A stretch of 58,689 bases of DNA, taken from NCBI GenBank assembly GCA_051382305.1, contig JBBCAV010000151.1, positions 1-58,689 of the forward strand, in the 5' to 3' direction. Positions within the stretch are counted from its first letter, which is position 1. Each line of letters starts with the position of its first letter. Made by a program: the position numbers and the translations under genes. Shown here one piece after another: positions 1-9,294 of the stretch. Origin of the DNA: Bdellovibrionota bacterium FG-2. Lineage in GTDB: Bacteria > Bdellovibrionota > UBA1018. Below the pieces are notes generated by a model. That model did no database searches and had not been told where the DNA came from. It saw only the letters and a list, made by a program, of their open reading frames with translations.

Positions 1-549
1 ATTGTTAATGGGGGAGATGCGGGCACGGCTGAAGGGGATTTTGCCTCGTGCTTGGTTTGGGCATCGCGTCCTGGCAAGGAACTTCCCCTGTTGATCATCG
101 TGACGAATAACGGTTGGGGGATTTCGACGAAGGGCAGCACGCAGCATGGAGAAAAAAATATCGCAGATCGAGGCAAAGCGTTTGGAATGAAAACCCAGAC
201 GATCAATGGTCTTGATGTTGAAGAATCGCATGACGCTTTGACTCAGGCGATGGATTATGTGCGCAAGGAGCGCAAGCCGTACTTGCTTGAAGCGCGCGTG
301 TCGCGCATGTATGGCCACAGCTCGGCCAGTGGTGCGAATTTGGATCCGAACGAGCCGGATCCGGTTGCACTTTTTGAAGAGAAATTGATTACGAAAAATT
401 TGCTCAAAAAATCCGACGCCCAAAAGATTCGAGAGGATTTTGAAACGGAGTTTCTGGCTCTTTCCCAAAGTGTGCGCACCGAGCCTGCGCCCGATCCTTC
501 GAGTATATACGACTACACCTATGCAGGCCAGAAGGGCAGGGTTTGGTAG
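1..549 (+). CDS. 2-oxoacid (probably branched-chain) dehydrogenase E1 alpha subunit, 5'-truncated by window edge
   Basis: Frame open from base 1 (IVNGGDAGTAEGDF...IVTNNGWGIST = TPP-binding motif); SRMYGHSS resembles the E1 alpha YRxxGHS loop; abuts E1 beta. Confidence 0.9.
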   Translation: MVNGGDAGTAEGDFASCLVWASRPGKELPLLIIVTNNGWGISTKGSTQHGEKNIADRGKAFGMKTQTINGLDVEESHDALTQAMDYVRKERKPYLLEARVSRMYGHSSASGANLDPNEPDPVALFEEKLITKNLLKKSDAQKIREDFETEFLALSQSVRTEPAPDPSSIYDYTYAGQKGRVW

Positions 550-1620
550 ATGGCAACTCTCGCACAAGCGATTCGCATGGCCCTCCATTATGGAGAGACG
601 CATCTGGGGGTGACCGATATATTTGGTGAAGACGTGGGGCCGCCGCTGGGCGGGGTGTTTACGGTCACTCAGGGTTTGAAAACGACGTGGAACTCGCCGC
701 TGGATGAGCGCGGGATTATTGGCGCGGCGATGGGGCTTGCGATGAGTGGGTGTCGATCTGTGGCCGAGATTCAGTTTTGTGATTATATTTACAACACGAT
801 TGACTTGCTGAAGCTTGCGGGCAATTCGTGTTGGGCGACGCATGGGGATTGGAATTTGCCGATGACCGTGATGACGCCGGTGGGAAGCGGGATTCGCGGT
901 TCGATTTATCATTCGCATTCTTTTGATGCGACGATGACCCATATTCCGGGTTGGAAAATCGTGATGCCTTCAAATCCTTTGGATGCCTATGGGTTAATGA
1001 TTGCGTGTTTGAAGGATCCTAATCCTACGATGTTTCTCAAGCCCAAAGCGCTGTTGCGCGTGAGGGGCGTGGAGCGGATTCCGGGTGAGCCGGAATTAAC
1101 TCCTGAGGGAGAGCGCGAACTCAAAGAACGAATCGATGCGCCGTTGGGGGATCGCGCGAAGTGGCAGGCGCGGTGGCCTGAGGGCTTGACGGATTTTACC
1201 ATTCCGTTGGGTGTCGCACAGCGGGTGCGCGAAGGTCAGCACGTGAGCGTTGTCAGTTATGGTCGCACGTTACCCTTATGTGTGAAGGCGGCCGGGGTTT
1301 TAGAGCAGGAGCGAATTTCTGTTGAGGTGATCGATCTGCGAACCCTTTGGCCCTATGATTGGAAGATGATTTCAGAGAGTGTGAGAAAAACGGGGCGAGT
1401 CGTGTTTGTAAATGAGGATACTGAAGTGACCAATTTTGGGGAGCATTTGATGAGAAGAGTGATTGAAGAGCGCTTCTACGAGCTTGAAGCTCCCCCAAGA
1501 CTGGTGGCTGGTGAGTTTGTGCCCGGAGTGGGGTTGGCGGATGCTTTAGAGGCTGCAAGTGTGCCTACTCAGCAAAGTATTGAAAAGGCGATCCGAGAGG
1601 TTGCGCAAGAAAGAGCTTAG
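550..1620 (+). CDS. 2-oxoacid dehydrogenase E1 beta subunit
   Basis: FGEDVG..GGVF, SPLDERGIIGAAMG, AEIQFCDY, HSHS and EVIDLRTLWP motifs. Confidence 0.93.
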   Translation: MATLAQAIRMALHYGETHLGVTDIFGEDVGPPLGGVFTVTQGLKTTWNSPLDERGIIGAAMGLAMSGCRSVAEIQFCDYIYNTIDLLKLAGNSCWATHGDWNLPMTVMTPVGSGIRGSIYHSHSFDATMTHIPGWKIVMPSNPLDAYGLMIACLKDPNPTMFLKPKALLRVRGVERIPGEPELTPEGERELKERIDAPLGDRAKWQARWPEGLTDFTIPLGVAQRVREGQHVSVVSYGRTLPLCVKAAGVLEQERISVEVIDLRTLWPYDWKMISESVRKTGRVVFVNEDTEVTNFGEHLMRRVIEERFYELEAPPRLVAGEFVPGVGLADALEAASVPTQQSIEKAIREVAQERA

Positions 1621-1666
1621 GAATCAATGCATTGCGTTATGCATTTGTAACCCTTCGATTTAACTG

Positions 1667-1695
1667 TTCCAAAACCCAAAACCCCTAGGTACAAT
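1667..1695 (+). promoter_or_regulatory. Putative sigma70 promoter TTCCAA-17 nt-TACAAT
   Basis: Canonical spacing; followed by GAGGGGG (SD-like) and GTG/ATG at 1720/1723. Confidence 0.5.
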
Positions 1696-1719
1696 AGTAC
1701 TTTGAGGGGGTTCTATATC

Positions 1720-4437
1720 GTGATGATCAGCCTTCGTTTGATGTTGGGGGGCGTGCTTTGTCTTGGGCTTTGTTTTGGGGTGAACCCGGCATGGGCGGCG
1801 GACACTGCTGCTGCTGGGTCTTCGATTCCTGCTCAGTTTGGGATAAAACCTCCGCAAGAACTTGATGCAATGAAGTACCAGCAAATGGCTCAGATGTTTG
1901 GGCCCTGCTCGGATATGGCATCGGCCGTTCAAGATGGTGTTTCCTTGCTTGGAGATTTGGTTTCTGGAAAAGGGGTGACCAATGCCGCGACTGCCAGCAG
2001 CATTGCAGGGGGCGCAGCCAGTGGGGGCTGGATTGGGAGCGCTTGTCCGGGGTCTATTGCGATTCCAGATACCGCATCGATCCAATGCGGAATGCCTGCC
2101 GAGCTTGAGTTGCTCTCAAAGGCTTATACCGATAAACTTGCCGAATCGATCGCAATCTTAGATTGCAAGAATCGCCAAACCGAAAAGCTCATGACCCAAG
2201 TGGGCTGTTTGACCGAGCAGACAAAATATTTGAATCAGGCCCTCACGTCGCTACAGGCGCCGGTGGCTGCCAATCTTCAGCAGCAGGAAAAAGATGTCGC
2301 GCAGATCACCTCGATGGAAGAGGATCGCATAACGCAACTTAAAGAAGCGATGGCGAGAGTTGCTGGGAACAAGGAAAACGGCGCCGAAGGCGTCGATACG
2401 ATCATCAAAGATCTTGAGGCGGCTCAGGCGGCTTTTCGAGGGGAAACCGCGCAAATCAGGACGGCCCAGGCCGCGGTTGAAACTCGCCAGAAGATGCTGC
2501 AACAGGCGAAGCCACGGGTGGTTTCCGCGCGTGCGCGCGCGTGTTTTTTTGATGAGCCTGCGGCCAATATGCATTGTGATACGGCTCAAACCGATAAAGT
2601 GACCGTCTTGCAACACGTTACGTGTTTATATGAGCAAAAGAATTTGCCTAGAGATGCGACGGGGAAGGTCGAAAACAAGAAGAGCCTGGTCGATAAAGTG
2701 ACTTCGGCCAAAAATTCTTTGGACGATATGTTTAATCGCATGAACGCGATGATGCCTACGCAAAAGGAGTTGCCGGAGTCGCCCGAGGAGATGAAAGCGT
2801 TTCAAAGAGATAAAAAGGGGATTGTCAGTCTCAAGGATTTTGAAGCAAAAGTTTCGGCTAATCTTCCTAGTCTGGGGGCGATGACTCCGCAAGTAAAAGA
2901 TGTGGTCATCCGTCGTATGCGTGCGTGTTTCTCCGATGCAGCAAAAGCTGTGGCCGCGGATGCGGATCAGGCGGGGGCAACCTCGGACACGACCAAGAGT
3001 CAAGTTTCGACTGGCAAAGACACGAATCAGGACATGATCGGAAACCTGCTCGAAAAATATTCCGCCCTTTGGAATCGTGGAATGCGGGCGATGACGGGAT
3101 CTGCGCACCCCAATACGACCACGCCGGCTAATGTAACTGCATGTGTACCAGATAAAAAGAATGTAGCGCTCCTTTCGCCGGCTGCGCAACTAAGTTGTGC
3201 AAACGATTTTCAGCGCAATTTAAGGATGCTCCTGGACTCTCAATCGGCAACGGTTGGGGTTTCTGCAAGATTAGTGGCCCCCAAGAATCCGACGCTTACG
3301 GAGACATACACCTGTTACAGCTTAATCGGTTGCAAGAAGGTTCTAGAAGGACGAATGACTTATCTCAATGAGCAGTCCCAGAAGCTTGGAAAATATAAGG
3401 CTGATTATAAAACGCAGGCCAATCATGGGGTGTTTAATTTTACGTCTCAGATGGCGGCGATGCTTAGACCTCAAAACCAGCTTCTCATCGATCGAGTCAA
3501 ACTCTTGAGCAAACAGCTGCAAAGTCTAAAGCCGGGGTCTCGCGGCGTGCCGATTAAGTTTCGAGAGGCTGAAAGTTTTGAGCCGGGGGAAAATGGCATT
3601 TATAAGGTACCCAAGAAAATGTCTAACATCGTGGCCGGGATGATGGAGCCTGGGCTCTTGGACACTGAAGGGGATTTATTCTCAGAAGCCATTGCCGGAA
3701 TCGGAGAGGCGAAGGCTGATTTCGAAAAAGATCGCCAAAGTCTGGATAACGCCAAAATTGCACTCAATGCCAAGATCCAAGGCTGTCGTTTGCAAGCGGC
3801 AAAAGCGGCTGCCGAGCAGTTGCGCTCGGCGGTGGATAGTGTGGGGGCTGGCAATTGTGCGTACCTTCAAGATTTATGTGATGGGGGCGCCAGTTCCTTA
3901 GATGGCGCGGTAGCGGCGGTGGGAAAAATTCAAGAAGGGCCGGGGGTTGATCAGTCGCAAATCTCCAGTATGTCCGGTGCGCTTCGAGGTGGCATTAAGG
4001 CCTGTAAAGATAAAACGGGAGACATGGACAACTTGAATGAAAAAACAAAAACCAAAACGCGTGAGGTTGAAGCACTTAACAAGGCCGTTCAAGGACTCAG
4101 TGATGGCTTGATTGGGAAAAAGCAAAAAGCCGAAGCGAGCAAAAAGAGATATGAATTGGCTGCGAAAAAAACACCTCTCGATCCGGGCTTCCAAGCGGTA
4201 AAAGACGCAGCTGACTCTGATGCCGCTGCGGTCGCAGCAGATGAGACTTTGCTAAATAAGAAGATGGAAGTAAAAACTTCATACGACACGGCGCTTGATG
4301 CAATCGAAAAAGATAAAAGGGCAATCACGGATAAGCCTGCAGTTAATTGTAACGCGGTCTCGACGAATATCCAGCGTGCCGCCGATCGAGTGACGGGTTT
4401 ACAGTCGGATGCCGCTGCCGCAGGAGGCGCGTTGTAG
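1720..4437 (+). CDS. Large secreted Cys-rich, coiled-coil hypothetical protein (~905 aa)
   Basis: Long ORF; signal peptide ending ...PAWA; 18 Cys after the signal; K/E/A/Q-rich helical stretches; start moved to the GTG after the SD. Confidence 0.8.
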   Translation: MMISLRLMLGGVLCLGLCFGVNPAWAADTAAAGSSIPAQFGIKPPQELDAMKYQQMAQMFGPCSDMASAVQDGVSLLGDLVSGKGVTNAATASSIAGGAASGGWIGSACPGSIAIPDTASIQCGMPAELELLSKAYTDKLAESIAILDCKNRQTEKLMTQVGCLTEQTKYLNQALTSLQAPVAANLQQQEKDVAQITSMEEDRITQLKEAMARVAGNKENGAEGVDTIIKDLEAAQAAFRGETAQIRTAQAAVETRQKMLQQAKPRVVSARARACFFDEPAANMHCDTAQTDKVTVLQHVTCLYEQKNLPRDATGKVENKKSLVDKVTSAKNSLDDMFNRMNAMMPTQKELPESPEEMKAFQRDKKGIVSLKDFEAKVSANLPSLGAMTPQVKDVVIRRMRACFSDAAKAVAADADQAGATSDTTKSQVSTGKDTNQDMIGNLLEKYSALWNRGMRAMTGSAHPNTTTPANVTACVPDKKNVALLSPAAQLSCANDFQRNLRMLLDSQSATVGVSARLVAPKNPTLTETYTCYSLIGCKKVLEGRMTYLNEQSQKLGKYKADYKTQANHGVFNFTSQMAAMLRPQNQLLIDRVKLLSKQLQSLKPGSRGVPIKFREAESFEPGENGIYKVPKKMSNIVAGMMEPGLLDTEGDLFSEAIAGIGEAKADFEKDRQSLDNAKIALNAKIQGCRLQAAKAAAEQLRSAVDSVGAGNCAYLQDLCDGGASSLDGAVAAVGKIQEGPGVDQSQISSMSGALRGGIKACKDKTGDMDNLNEKTKTKTREVEALNKAVQGLSDGLIGKKQKAEASKKRYELAAKKTPLDPGFQAVKDAADSDAAAVAADETLLNKKMEVKTSYDTALDAIEKDKRAITDKPAVNCNAVSTNIQRAADRVTGLQSDAAAAGGAL

Positions 4438-4438
4438 C

Positions 4439-5326
4439 TTGAAGAATTTCGCGTTTCTCAAAATGCAGGGCCTTGGCAATGATTTTGTGCTTTTCAATTC
4501 GCTGAATGCGGGGGCGCCTGGGTTTTGTGCTGATCAGGAACTCGCGCGCGTTTGGGGTTCTGCGTTTGCTCGAAAAATATCGGATCGTAGATTCGGAGTT
4601 GGCGCGGATCAGCTCTTGTGGTTAAGGCCGCCCCAAGGTGGGACGGCCGCGAATGCCGCGAATGCCGCGAATGCAAAGATGGATATCCTCAATGCCGATG
4701 GCTCGGTAGCCGAAATGTGCGGAAACGGAATTCGCGCGGCGGGGCTTTTTTTGGCCCGTTATTGCGGGGCGCAGGCTCTCGGGTTTTCGATTGAGACGTT
4801 AGACGGCGTGAAGCACCTCACTTGTGTGGGGACTGAAGGTAAGCTCGAGATCCGGGTTGATATGGGCGTTCCTGCTGTTGACTTAGCCGCCGGGTTGGCG
4901 GGCGCGCCGAAAGGCGCGCCGTTTGCGGTCCAAGGTCAGAATTACTCCTTATATAAGGTAGGGATGGGCGTGCCGCACGCTGTGTTTTTTACAAATGATG
5001 TTCGGGCGGTTGTGTTAGAGACCGTGGGGCCTGCGATTGAAAATCATTCGGAATTCCCTGGAAAAACAAACGTCGATTTTGTGCAGGTCGTTTCGCGCTC
5101 CGAAGTGTTGATGCGAGTTTGGGAACGAGGAGCCGGAATCACGCTTGCGTGCGGAACGGGCGCATGTGCAGCCGCAGTGGCTGCGATTGCGTCAGCTCGC
5201 GTGGATTCGCCCACACGAGTGGTGCTGCCTGGCGGGGCGCTCACTATTGAATGGTTCGGGCCGGGCGCTTCGGTTTTTATGACGGGGCCAGCCTGTGAGG
5301 TGTTTCGCGGAGAGCTTAGCCTATGA
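4439..5326 (+). CDS. dapF: Diaminopimelate epimerase
   Basis: KMQGLGNDF, RRFGVGADQ, EMCGNGIR, GVPH, VWERGAGITLACGTGAC; TTG start after AGGAGG. Confidence 0.96.
   Translation: MKNFAFLKMQGLGNDFVLFNSLNAGAPGFCADQELARVWGSAFARKISDRRFGVGADQLLWLRPPQGGTAANAANAANAKMDILNADGSVAEMCGNGIRAAGLFLARYCGAQALGFSIETLDGVKHLTCVGTEGKLEIRVDMGVPAVDLAAGLAGAPKGAPFAVQGQNYSLYKVGMGVPHAVFFTNDVRAVVLETVGPAIENHSEFPGKTNVDFVQVVSRSEVLMRVWERGAGITLACGTGACAAAVAAIASARVDSPTRVVLPGGALTIEWFGPGASVFMTGPACEVFRGELSL
4646..4674 (+). repeat. In-frame 9-bp tandem repeat (GCCGCGAAT)x3 in dapF
   Basis: Directly visible; encodes the AANAANAANA stretch. Confidence 0.9.
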
Positions 5327-5836
5327 GACAGAATCCTTCACTGTCCTCATATGAAGGAAAAGAACCATCGGTTTGTCTTTAAGTTCGATAAAGCCGTACT
5401 TTTTGTAAAACGATTTGGCCGCTTCATCCTTTGCATCGACGATAACTCCATAGATTCCGATCTTTTCAGAGGCATCCAAGGAACGTCGAAGAGCGTCAGC
5501 GAGGAGGGCTTGTCCCACACCATGTCCCTTTGCTTTGTGGTCGACGGCAAGACGACCGATCCTCGTAATGGGAACAGGATAACGGGGAATGTTTTTTTTC
5601 ACGTTAGAGGGGAGGTCGTCGAATTCGATCTGGCCTGAACTCACTGAATAATAACCCAGAATCTTCTTTGGTGCGCTAGCGTGAGTGGCGACAATTGTAA
5701 GTCCGATTCCTCTTTCGTGGTTCTGGCGAGCAAACTTCCTGAGGTAATCGTTTAGAATCGTGATGCCGCAAGCAAAGGCTTCTCGAGCGAGATTCTTTGA
5801 GAGTTCTTTAAAAGTAAGATTCAAGGTTTGGATCAC
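5321..5836 (-). CDS. GNAT acetyltransferase toxin (TacT/AtaT-like), type II TA
   Basis: F.CG...LNDYL, ILGYYS, PRYPVP...IGRLAVD...GHGVG..LL.DAL, VDAKDEAAKSFYKKYGF; overlaps the antitoxin stop by 4 nt. Confidence 0.92.
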   Translation of the reverse strand: MIQTLNLTFKELSKNLAREAFACGITILNDYLRKFARQNHERGIGLTIVATHASAPKKILGYYSVSSGQIEFDDLPSNVKKNIPRYPVPITRIGRLAVDHKAKGHGVGQALLADALRRSLDASEKIGIYGVIVDAKDEAAKSFYKKYGFIELKDKPMVLFLHMRTVKDSVS

Positions 5837-6108
5837 GGCCTATGCTTTTGTTTCATGGCTGCTATAAGCGCGGCATTAGCTTTCGGCGAATTCAGCATAG
5901 TAGATACAAAGAGATCTCGATCTCGGTTTGTCAAAGAAAGCCGTTCGTGTTCCAAAATCTGCTCGCGCGCGGCTTGCAGCGTACTTGTCAAAGTAAACGA
6001 ACTCACGCTCATGCTCCTAATTGAGGCGGCCTGCTCAATGAGGGTTTTGGCTTCGTTATCCACTCTGAGATCAATGCGTTCTAGTTTCTTTTTTGCGGCA
6101 CTCGACAT
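5833..6108 (-). CDS. DUF1778 ribbon-helix-helix antitoxin (TacA/AtaR-like)
   Basis: ERIDLRV..EAKTLIEQAA....SVSSF....AAREQI.EHE.LSL..RD...F...L..P..N..L; SD AGGAG; directly upstream of the GNAT. Confidence 0.92.
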   Translation of the reverse strand: MSSAAKKKLERIDLRVDNEAKTLIEQAASIRSMSVSSFTLTSTLQAAREQILEHERLSLTNRDRDLFVSTMLNSPKANAALIAAMKQKHRP

Positions 6109-6141
6109 CGTGTGTTGTCTCCTATTAAGGAGACATAGTCT

Positions 6142-6161
6142 ATTGTACGGTAAATGTACGC
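6142..6161 (-). promoter_or_regulatory. TA promoter/operator: -10 TACAAT with two CGTACA direct repeats
   Basis: Minus strand reads gCGTACAtttacCGTACAat; RHH antitoxins typically autorepress at short repeats over the promoter (inference). Confidence 0.4.
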
Positions 6162-6191
6162 ACGTATATATATGCGAAAGAATTGGGCTTT

Positions 6192-6416
6192 TTAGTGATC
6201 CATATTCGACAGTGGATTGATATAAAGGCGAAACGTTTTATCTCGATGACGACGGATGGCAAAAACCCCGTTTTCTTTTTCGGATACGAGGCGCTCATAG
6301 AAGGTCGGATCGACATCTGCGATCTCCTGAACACTCATGCCTTCATATTTTCCGAAATCAATGATCACCTGTGTTTCGTCAATGACACCTGTGACTGGGC
6401 TTCCATTCGAACTCAT
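6192..6416 (-). CDS. Small protein (74 aa) with FGKYxG motif (DUF3820/QSregVF_b-like)
   Basis: IDFGKYEGMSVQEIADVDPTFY; strong SD GAGGAGG upstream. Confidence 0.7.
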   Translation of the reverse strand: MSSNGSPVTGVIDETQVIIDFGKYEGMSVQEIADVDPTFYERLVSEKENGVFAIRRHRDKTFRLYINPLSNMDH

Positions 6417-6580
6417 GCAGTATCCTCCTCGCTTCCTAGTCTAGCGGTTTGTGCAGGGAGTTGCAACCCCCCTGCCCGATACCTGCACGCTCCGCTGGGC
6501 GCGCTCCAATGAATCTGAAGCAGTCAACTTTCTGACGCTACCGCGGGGCGTAGGCCTATGCTAAGCTCACGAGCAAACCT

Positions 6581-8056
6581 ATGTGTGGCGTTGTCGGTGT
6601 CATTGGCTCAAGCCAAGCAGCAAAAGAAGTTTTTCTCGCTCTTACGATGCTCCAACATCGGGGCCAAGATGCGGCCGGCATTTTGTCTTATGACGAAGAG
6701 GGGTTTCATCGCGTGCGGAACCTTGGACTTGTGGAAGCCGCTTTTTCTCCTGAGCATTTTGAGTTTCTCACCGGAGAGGTGGCCATCGGACATGCGCGCT
6801 ACAGTACGATTGGGCGGGGAGACGTTGCAGATGTGCAGCCATTTCTGCTGAGCTATCCCTTTGGAATCGGCATGGTTCACAACGGGAATCTTGTGAACTT
6901 CTCAAAACTCAGTGAGAAACTTAAATCCGAATCACGCCGGCATCCTTTAACTCACTCCGATACCGAAGCCATAATGAACGTATTTGGTGAAGGGCTTTCG
7001 GAAATGCAGCTTGAAACCACAAACCGAAAAGTCGATTATTTTGAAGGAATCTGTAATGCCACGCGGCGCGTATTTTCCGAAGCGCAGGGAAGTTACAGTG
7101 TTGTCACCTTGATCGCAGGAGTGGGGCTAGTCGCGTTTCGCGATCCGTGGGGAATTCGGCCACTCATTTTTGGAAAACATCCAAAAACGGGTGCTTATCT
7201 AGTAGCCTCTGAGAGTGCGGTGCTTTATTTCTTGGGCTACGAAGTCGTCCGCGACGTGGCCCCGGGCGAGGTGGTGTGGATTGATTTTAAGGGCCAGTTG
7301 CATTCTCGAGTATTGGAGCAAAAGCCTTCCCGGCATTGCATGTTTGAGTGGGTCTATTTTTCATCTCCCGAAAGTGTCTTAGATGGGCAAGCGGTTTATG
7401 CGTCGAGAATCGGGCTTGGTAAAAATCTTGCACAGACAGTCAAGGAACGACTGATGCAAGATGGAGCTGAGAACCCGGTCGTCGTTCCTGTGCCCGAAAC
7501 AGCACGTATTGCGGCGATTGCTCTGGCCGAGGAACTCGGGGCACCTTACCGTGAACTGCTGATCAAGAATCGCTACATTAAGCGCACATTTATTTTGGAT
7601 TCGCAGGAAAAAAGACAGCAAGCAGTCGATCTGAAACTTTCGCCCGTGGTCTCGGAGCTCAAAGGGCGCAATGTTCTCTTAGTGGATGATTCAATTGTTC
7701 GCGGGACGACGTCGCGCAAAATCATTGATCTTGTGCGCCGAGCGGGCGCTGCAAAAGTGTATTTTGTTTCAACGTGCCCTCCGATTAGAAAACCTTGTTT
7801 CTATGGAATTGATTTTCCAGATGAGGCGGAACTCTTGGCTTCAGATCGAGAAATTTCGGTCATCGAAAAAGACCTGGGCGCGGATGGAGTGATTTATCAG
7901 TCGCTAGAAGGGCTTAAACGCTCCATTGGACTTGCACCGCCTGCGGGGCTCTGTCATGCGTGTTTGGATGGCAATTATCCGACGGATGTAGCGTTGGCTT
8001 TAAAACTGACTGCGAAACGTAAGCGTGATCGTCTAGAAAAGGAGCGCCAAGAGTGA
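6581..8056 (+). CDS. purF: Amidophosphoribosyltransferase
   Basis: MCG start, LQHRGQDAAGI, HARYST, HNGNL, CMFEWVYF, VDDSIVRGTT, CHAC. Confidence 0.97.
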   Translation: MCGVVGVIGSSQAAKEVFLALTMLQHRGQDAAGILSYDEEGFHRVRNLGLVEAAFSPEHFEFLTGEVAIGHARYSTIGRGDVADVQPFLLSYPFGIGMVHNGNLVNFSKLSEKLKSESRRHPLTHSDTEAIMNVFGEGLSEMQLETTNRKVDYFEGICNATRRVFSEAQGSYSVVTLIAGVGLVAFRDPWGIRPLIFGKHPKTGAYLVASESAVLYFLGYEVVRDVAPGEVVWIDFKGQLHSRVLEQKPSRHCMFEWVYFSSPESVLDGQAVYASRIGLGKNLAQTVKERLMQDGAENPVVVPVPETARIAAIALAEELGAPYRELLIKNRYIKRTFILDSQEKRQQAVDLKLSPVVSELKGRNVLLVDDSIVRGTTSRKIIDLVRRAGAAKVYFVSTCPPIRKPCFYGIDFPDEAELLASDREISVIEKDLGADGVIYQSLEGLKRSIGLAPPAGLCHACLDGNYPTDVALALKLTAKRKRDRLEKERQE

Positions 8057-9294
8057 TTACTACCCTCTATCGAGGAACCGTAAAGGATTTGCGAGGCCCC
8101 GTTCGTGTGGGCAACGAAACCGCAGTAGTTTTTGAGTATGGCGATACCTATTCGGTTTTTGATTGGGGTCGCATGCCTGATCTTTTGCCCAAAAAAGGGG
8201 AGGCCTTAGCGGTGCTCGCCGCTTATTGGTTTGAGCGGTTAGAAGATCCGGAGTTATGGAAAGTCTTTTCAAAAACTCCTGAGGCGCTGGCGCTCCGAAA
8301 AGCGAACCGTTTTGGATCGAATTTTAATGAGATTGGGGAACAGCTCCAGACCGAAGGACTTAGGACTCATTATCTCGGCATGGTCTCAGATGCTAAACAA
8401 CTCTTTACGGTGGATCGCGAGATGCCTGATGTTCCAGCCGAAGCGTTTCGCAAGCAGACCAAACCTTTTCGGCATTTACTTGTTAAACAAGTTTCGGTGG
8501 TCAAACCTTCGACCGTGAACGTCCTGGGACGATCGATTCCCGATTATGCCCCGACTCGGGCGGCGGCTTATCCAAGGCTTGTTCCGCTTGAAGTTGTGTT
8601 TCGCTTTAGCTGTCCTTCGGGGAGCTCTTTGATTGAGCACGCGGCAAAAAATCCGGATTATATGGGGAGCATCGGTTTTCAAGGGGTACAAGCGCGTGAG
8701 GGCGAACGTTGGGAGTTCCCCGTGCTTGAGCTGTTCACAAAACTTGAAAGCACCGATCGGCCGGTGAGTCTGGCGGAGGCCTTGACGATTTCGGGGCTCC
8801 CTTCAAACGCTCTTCAAACGCTCTTGCTTAAGACTGCCTGGGTGGCGGGGATTCTGCGCTGGCTTTGCGCAGAAAAAGGCCTCGAGCTTGCCGATGGAAA
8901 ACTTGAATGGGGAGTTTCCGCCCCTCGGCCTGGATTGGAAACGCCTGAATCATTTTTGGTCGATGCCATTGGACCTGATGAACTCCGACTTTTGTTTGAG
9001 GCCGTGCAATTATCAAAAGAATTTTTGCGAGGACTGTATCGATCGACTTCTTGGTATGAAGCCATAAATAAAGCAAAGAGTAATGCGAGCCTTCAAGGGA
9101 GTTTGGAGTGGAAACGATCGGTGAGTGAGGGGCCTCCGCCTATGAAGCCTGAACACAAGGAGCTTGCTTCGCAGCTCTATATTTCTCTGACCAATCGCCT
9201 GACGGGGAAAATTTGGTTTAGTGAAGCTTGGGCTCTGGAAAAAGTGGCAGCCGAACTTTCGAAAGTGCAAAAGAGTTTGGCAAGTGAGCGCTAA
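8053..9294 (+). CDS. purC: SAICAR synthetase (long 413-aa form)
   Basis: YRGTVKDL, YSVFDWG, PLEVVFR, TK, LADGKLEWG, LVDAIGPDELR, LSKEFLR; inside the pur operon. Confidence 0.9.
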   Translation: MITTLYRGTVKDLRGPVRVGNETAVVFEYGDTYSVFDWGRMPDLLPKKGEALAVLAAYWFERLEDPELWKVFSKTPEALALRKANRFGSNFNEIGEQLQTEGLRTHYLGMVSDAKQLFTVDREMPDVPAEAFRKQTKPFRHLLVKQVSVVKPSTVNVLGRSIPDYAPTRAAAYPRLVPLEVVFRFSCPSGSSLIEHAAKNPDYMGSIGFQGVQAREGERWEFPVLELFTKLESTDRPVSLAEALTISGLPSNALQTLLLKTAWVAGILRWLCAEKGLELADGKLEWGVSAPRPGLETPESFLVDAIGPDELRLLFEAVQLSKEFLRGLYRSTSWYEAINKAKSNASLQGSLEWKRSVSEGPPPMKPEHKELASQLYISLTNRLTGKIWFSEAWALEKVAAELSKVQKSLASER

